Origin: Gammaproteobacteria bacterium
Lineage (GTDB): Bacteria; Pseudomonadota; Gammaproteobacteria; GRL18
Direction of reading: 5' to 3'
Assembly (NCBI GenBank): GCA_042095675.1
Contig: JAUJGA010000165.1
Location: forward strand, 1 to 41,405
DNA: 41,405 nt
Shown here: positions 38,120-41,405 of the stretch, piece after piece
Layout: each line of letters starts with the position of its first letter
Numbering within the stretch: position 1 is the first letter of the stretch
Program-made: the position numbers and the translations under genes
The notes under the pieces: generated by a model
The model's database searches: none
The model's input: only the letters and a program-made list of their open reading frames with translations
Told to the model about the DNA's origin: nothing

Positions 38120-40527
38120 TGAAAGGTTTTAAATTTCAGCCATTATTAATGGCTGTTCTGATTCTAATTGCCGTATTTGCCTTTTTCAAGTATGGCGTGC
38201 CTCCTTTACTTCCGGTGTCGCTTTTAATCCAATACATGATAATTTGTGTTATCGGCGTGCTCTTATATTTCTCTTTTGATGAGGATACCTGGTCAAGTTT
38301 TAAATCACCGATTGCCGCCGTAGTTCAAAAAGATGGTACCTGGCCAATTCGTTGGTTCTTTCTTCTGGCAATACCAGCTTTAATTGCTTACACCACATAT
38401 ATTTTAGTGAAGCCAAATTTTGACTCACCGGTTGAATTGCGTCAGGTGCATCCAGCCCCTCCTTCAAAGCTAAAAGTCTTTAATAAAACTTATGATTTAA
38501 GTAAATTGGAAAACCCTGTCAGAGAGCAAGTGGTTGCCAGTATGAAATCAGGTGATAAAGAAAAGGGCTGGGAAACCTATAATACAGCTGTGACTGCGGG
38601 TCGTGATATTTATTATCAGAACTGTTTTTTCTGTCATGGTGATTTAATGTATGGTGAGGGTGTTTTTGCTGATGGTTTTAATCCAAGACCAATTAACTTT
38701 CAGGATGAAACCATTAATCAGTTACAGGAAGCTTTTTTATTCTGGCGTATCACCACGGGCGGCCCTGGATTACCTAAAGAAGGTACACCCTGGAAATCTG
38801 CTATGCCCGTCTGGCATGAAATGCTAGGTGAACAAGATGTATGGAATGTGATTACCTTTTTATATGATTATACTGAAGAGGTACCGCGTATCTGGGATGC
38901 TGATGTATCTAAGATCGTAACCGGTATGAAAACACAGCTGGCAACAAAGCGTGCTAAAATGAAAGGTAAGGAACTCTATGATTTACGCTGCTCTATTTGT
39001 CATGGTGAAGAAGGGGCTGGTGATGGTGTTGCTGCGGATACACTTTTTCCAAGACCTCGTGATTTTACTTTAGGCTTATATAAATATAAAACATCTCCCG
39101 GGACTCAGCCAGTTCGCGATGAAGATCTCTTTGATACCATTAAACATGGTTTGACGAGTACCGGTATGCCGGGCTGGAGCAAGTTAATGACGGATGAACA
39201 AATCCAGTCATTAATTCCAGTATTGAAGCGTTTTGATATTACTGCCACCTGGTCACCGGAAGAAGCAGAAGATGAAGATTTTGATGATGAAGGTCGTTAT
39301 AAGAAAGATGATTTTAAAAAGGTAACTGATGTAGAACCTCTGGATGGTCAGATTGCTTATACTGCAAATTCTGTTGCAAAAGGGAAAAAAGCATTTGAAC
39401 CCTGCTATGAGTGCCACGGTATAGAAGGGCGTGGTGATTTACGTTCCGGTAAACGTCTGGAAGATGATTGGGGCTATCGTATCTGGCCGCGTGACCTGCA
39501 TAAAGCATGGTCATGGAGAAATACTAATCGCAGCGTACATAAAGATCCGGAAAAAGCTCGCGATCAAATTATTAAAAATATTTATACCCGTTTGTCTATA
39601 GGTATTCCTGGTACTCCCATGCCTGCACATAGAGCTGAGGGTGAGGGTAATGAAGATCCTGTGAGTCTGGAAGATCGCTGGCATATTGCTAATTATGTTT
39701 ATTCATTACGTGATATTAATACAGCACCTGGTAAGGGTGTAATTCAGGGTCTTAAACTGGCTGGAAATTTGCCTGATTCCATTGATGATGAAGCATGGAA
39801 AACAGCTCCTGTTACATCGATGAGATTAGTCCCCAATATTATTAAAGAACATCGTCTGTTTAAACCACTTAATGATTTGATTAGCGTCAGAGTGCTTTAT
39901 AATCTGGATGAAATTGCATTTTTAATGGAAGTCAATGATCGTACAGAAAGTCTGCCGGGTCATGAATATAGTATGAGTATTCAGGATGAAGAGCTGACTT
40001 TACACTCAGATGCAGTTGCCATGCAATTTCCCAGAGATGGGGCTTATACCTCTGCTCCAATGGTAGAAAAACCACTATATCGTCATGGAGATAGTAGTCA
40101 TCATACTTCTATGTGGTATTGGAATGCCGGTAGTTTAGAACCTAAAAAACCAGCCAGTACAATCATACTTAAGGGTACAGGGCCTGATATTAAACTAGAG
40201 CCTATGTTGGACTATAAAGAAGTTTCAGCTCAGGGACAATGGAAAGATGGTCGCTGGCAGGTGTTAATGAAACGTAAACGCATTGGCACTGAAGGTGAAA
40301 TTAGTTTTAATGAGGGTGAATTTATTCCCATATCATTTGCAAATTGGGATGGCAGTAATGGTGAAGCAAGTTCCAAGCATACTTTAACAACCTGGTTCTG
40401 GTTATTGCTGCCCCCGGAAAGCGATCCCGTGAAACTTTATGTCTATCCAGCAGGTTTGGCCTTGCTGGTGTTTATTTTGGGTATTTTTATAGTACGTGGA
40501 CAGCGTAAGAAATATAAGAGACCTTAG
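38119..40527 (+). CDS. Membrane triheme cytochrome c fused to an EB_dh (EbdC-like heme b/DOMON) domain
   Basis: N-terminal TMs; CFFCH, CSICH, CYECH; PRPRDFT, GIPGTPMP; SDAVAMQFP, W.DG.W.V...R, FANWDGS..E...K; C-terminal TM. Confidence 0.82.
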   Translation: MKGFKFQPLLMAVLILIAVFAFFKYGVPPLLPVSLLIQYMIICVIGVLLYFSFDEDTWSSFKSPIAAVVQKDGTWPIRWFFLLAIPALIAYTTYILVKPNFDSPVELRQVHPAPPSKLKVFNKTYDLSKLENPVREQVVASMKSGDKEKGWETYNTAVTAGRDIYYQNCFFCHGDLMYGEGVFADGFNPRPINFQDETINQLQEAFLFWRITTGGPGLPKEGTPWKSAMPVWHEMLGEQDVWNVITFLYDYTEEVPRIWDADVSKIVTGMKTQLATKRAKMKGKELYDLRCSICHGEEGAGDGVAADTLFPRPRDFTLGLYKYKTSPGTQPVRDEDLFDTIKHGLTSTGMPGWSKLMTDEQIQSLIPVLKRFDITATWSPEEAEDEDFDDEGRYKKDDFKKVTDVEPLDGQIAYTANSVAKGKKAFEPCYECHGIEGRGDLRSGKRLEDDWGYRIWPRDLHKAWSWRNTNRSVHKDPEKARDQIIKNIYTRLSIGIPGTPMPAHRAEGEGNEDPVSLEDRWHIANYVYSLRDINTAPGKGVIQGLKLAGNLPDSIDDEAWKTAPVTSMRLVPNIIKEHRLFKPLNDLISVRVLYNLDEIAFLMEVNDRTESLPGHEYSMSIQDEELTLHSDAVAMQFPRDGAYTSAPMVEKPLYRHGDSSHHTSMWYWNAGSLEPKKPASTIILKGTGPDIKLEPMLDYKEVSAQGQWKDGRWQVLMKRKRIGTEGEISFNEGEFIPISFANWDGSNGEASSKHTLTTWFWLLLPPESDPVKLYVYPAGLALLVFILGIFIVRGQRKKYKRP

Positions 40528-40570
40528 CCTAAATAAAAGCTGTCAGTCCATAAAATCAGAGAACGAATAA

Positions 40571-40720
40571 ATGAAAAAATATCTTTTTAAACCCCTATTT
40601 CTGTCATCTTGACAAGTTCAGTTTTATTTTGAGTCAGGCATTATATGCCGAAACTGCAGACAAAATTATTCACTATGAAGGCTCATCAACTTTTCTGATG
40701 CTGCCAAAGTTTTTACAGCT
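40571..40720 (+). pseudogene. Decayed N-terminus of a periplasmic binding protein (possibly PstS-like)
   Basis: MKKYLF signal-like start, then frameshifted ALYAETADKIIHYEGSST / SDAAKVF. Confidence 0.35.
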
Positions 40721-40739
40721 TGCATAACACCTATGAGCC

Positions 40740-41265
40740 AGCTGCATTTTCAGATGATTCATTACATGTATTTGATACCTACAAAACACCATTATTTGAT
40801 ATCCATCAAACAATTTATGCCGCATTAGGCATTGCTTGTGATGTCACAGAACGATTGGAACTTGAAACCAAATTACACCAGGTAGCAGTTGTATATGATA
40901 GATCCAGTGAAGGTACTTTAATCACCAGAACTTTCCTTAGTAACTTATGTTACGATAAACAGACTATAAGGCAAACATTATTGCTGTAAATAAAGCATTT
41001 AGTTTTTTCACAGGTTATTTAGAGAAAGAAATTTTAGGTAAAAACCCCAATATTTGGCATCAGGACAATATGATAAACCAAAATGTGGAATGAACTGCGG
41101 TCAAATGGATATTTACGTGGTGAAATTATTAATCGGCCTAAAGATGCTCACTTATATCCTGACTGGAAAACAATCAGCTCTGTAAAAGATAATGATGGAA
41201 TTGTAACTAACTATGTTGCTAATTTTTCCAATATTACTGAACTAAAAAATATGAAGAATAATTAA
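40740..41265 (+). pseudogene. Decayed PAS/PAC sensor protein
   Basis: Fragments TYKTPLFD...LGIACDVTER, VNKAF..TGY...EILGKNP and MWNEL...GEIINR.KD..LYP.W.TIS.VKD..G...NYVA.FS.ITELK, broken by stops and frameshifts. Confidence 0.72.
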
Positions 41266-41269
41266 AGTC

Positions 41270-41405
41270 TACTGTGGACCCCATTGTCAAGACAACTCAA
41301 TTAAAAAATAAGATATAAAATATCCATTATTATTTTTACTATCATGCAGCCAGTTTTAATTCTGGAGCAACTTCTTTCATCACACCATATATTTCTGCAG
41401 GTGTT
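41270..41405 (-). mobile_element. IS3-family element end (terminal IR plus transposase C-terminus at 41342-41405)
   Basis: TACTGTGGACCCCATTGTCAAGACA IR-like end; minus strand TPAEIYGVMKEVAPELKLAA* matches the TPAE.Y motif typical of IS3 OrfB ends. Confidence 0.65.

Noticed and set aside
1400-39514. Many 60-130 aa ORFs nested in or antisense to long genes in the ORF track
   Set aside because: No recognisable motifs; they are shadows of the real CDSs.

Overview
AT-rich, probably gammaproteobacterial window in three parts. (1) 1-9.7 kb: the end of an IS91-like element that carries a tyrosine recombinase, then a minus-strand Wzy-type polysaccharide operon with a sulfotransferase. (2) 10.2-11.9 kb: an att-like site (tRNA-Glu 3'-end match, IHF box, arm-like repeats) and a phage-type integrase, which suggests an island boundary. 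(3) 13.1-40.5 kb: a respiratory region. It holds an iodate reductase-type operon (two CcP/MauG-like diheme proteins, Rieske idrB, molybdoenzyme idrA), a TauD-family gene, and a long minus-strand maturation/regulation run (HEAT protein, cupredoxin, USP with PCP_red repeats, AhbD/NirJ-like radical SAM, HemY/HemG, PAS histidine kinase, sigma54 response regulator, SCO). A divergent operon encodes two unannotated micro-membrane proteins, a cytochrome bd-like subunit, a diheme cytochrome c and a triheme cytochrome c/EB_dh protein. Key observation: an identical 17-bp palindrome TTGAACAATTTGTTCAA lies upstream of sigma54 -24/-12 promoters at both the idr operon and the divergent HEAT/bd-like promoter pair. 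This points to one autoregulated sigma54 regulon that couples iodate reductase to a bd-like membrane complex with its own cofactor-assembly genes. The window ends in decayed PAS genes and an IS3-family end. All assignments come from motif recognition by eye; no searches were run.
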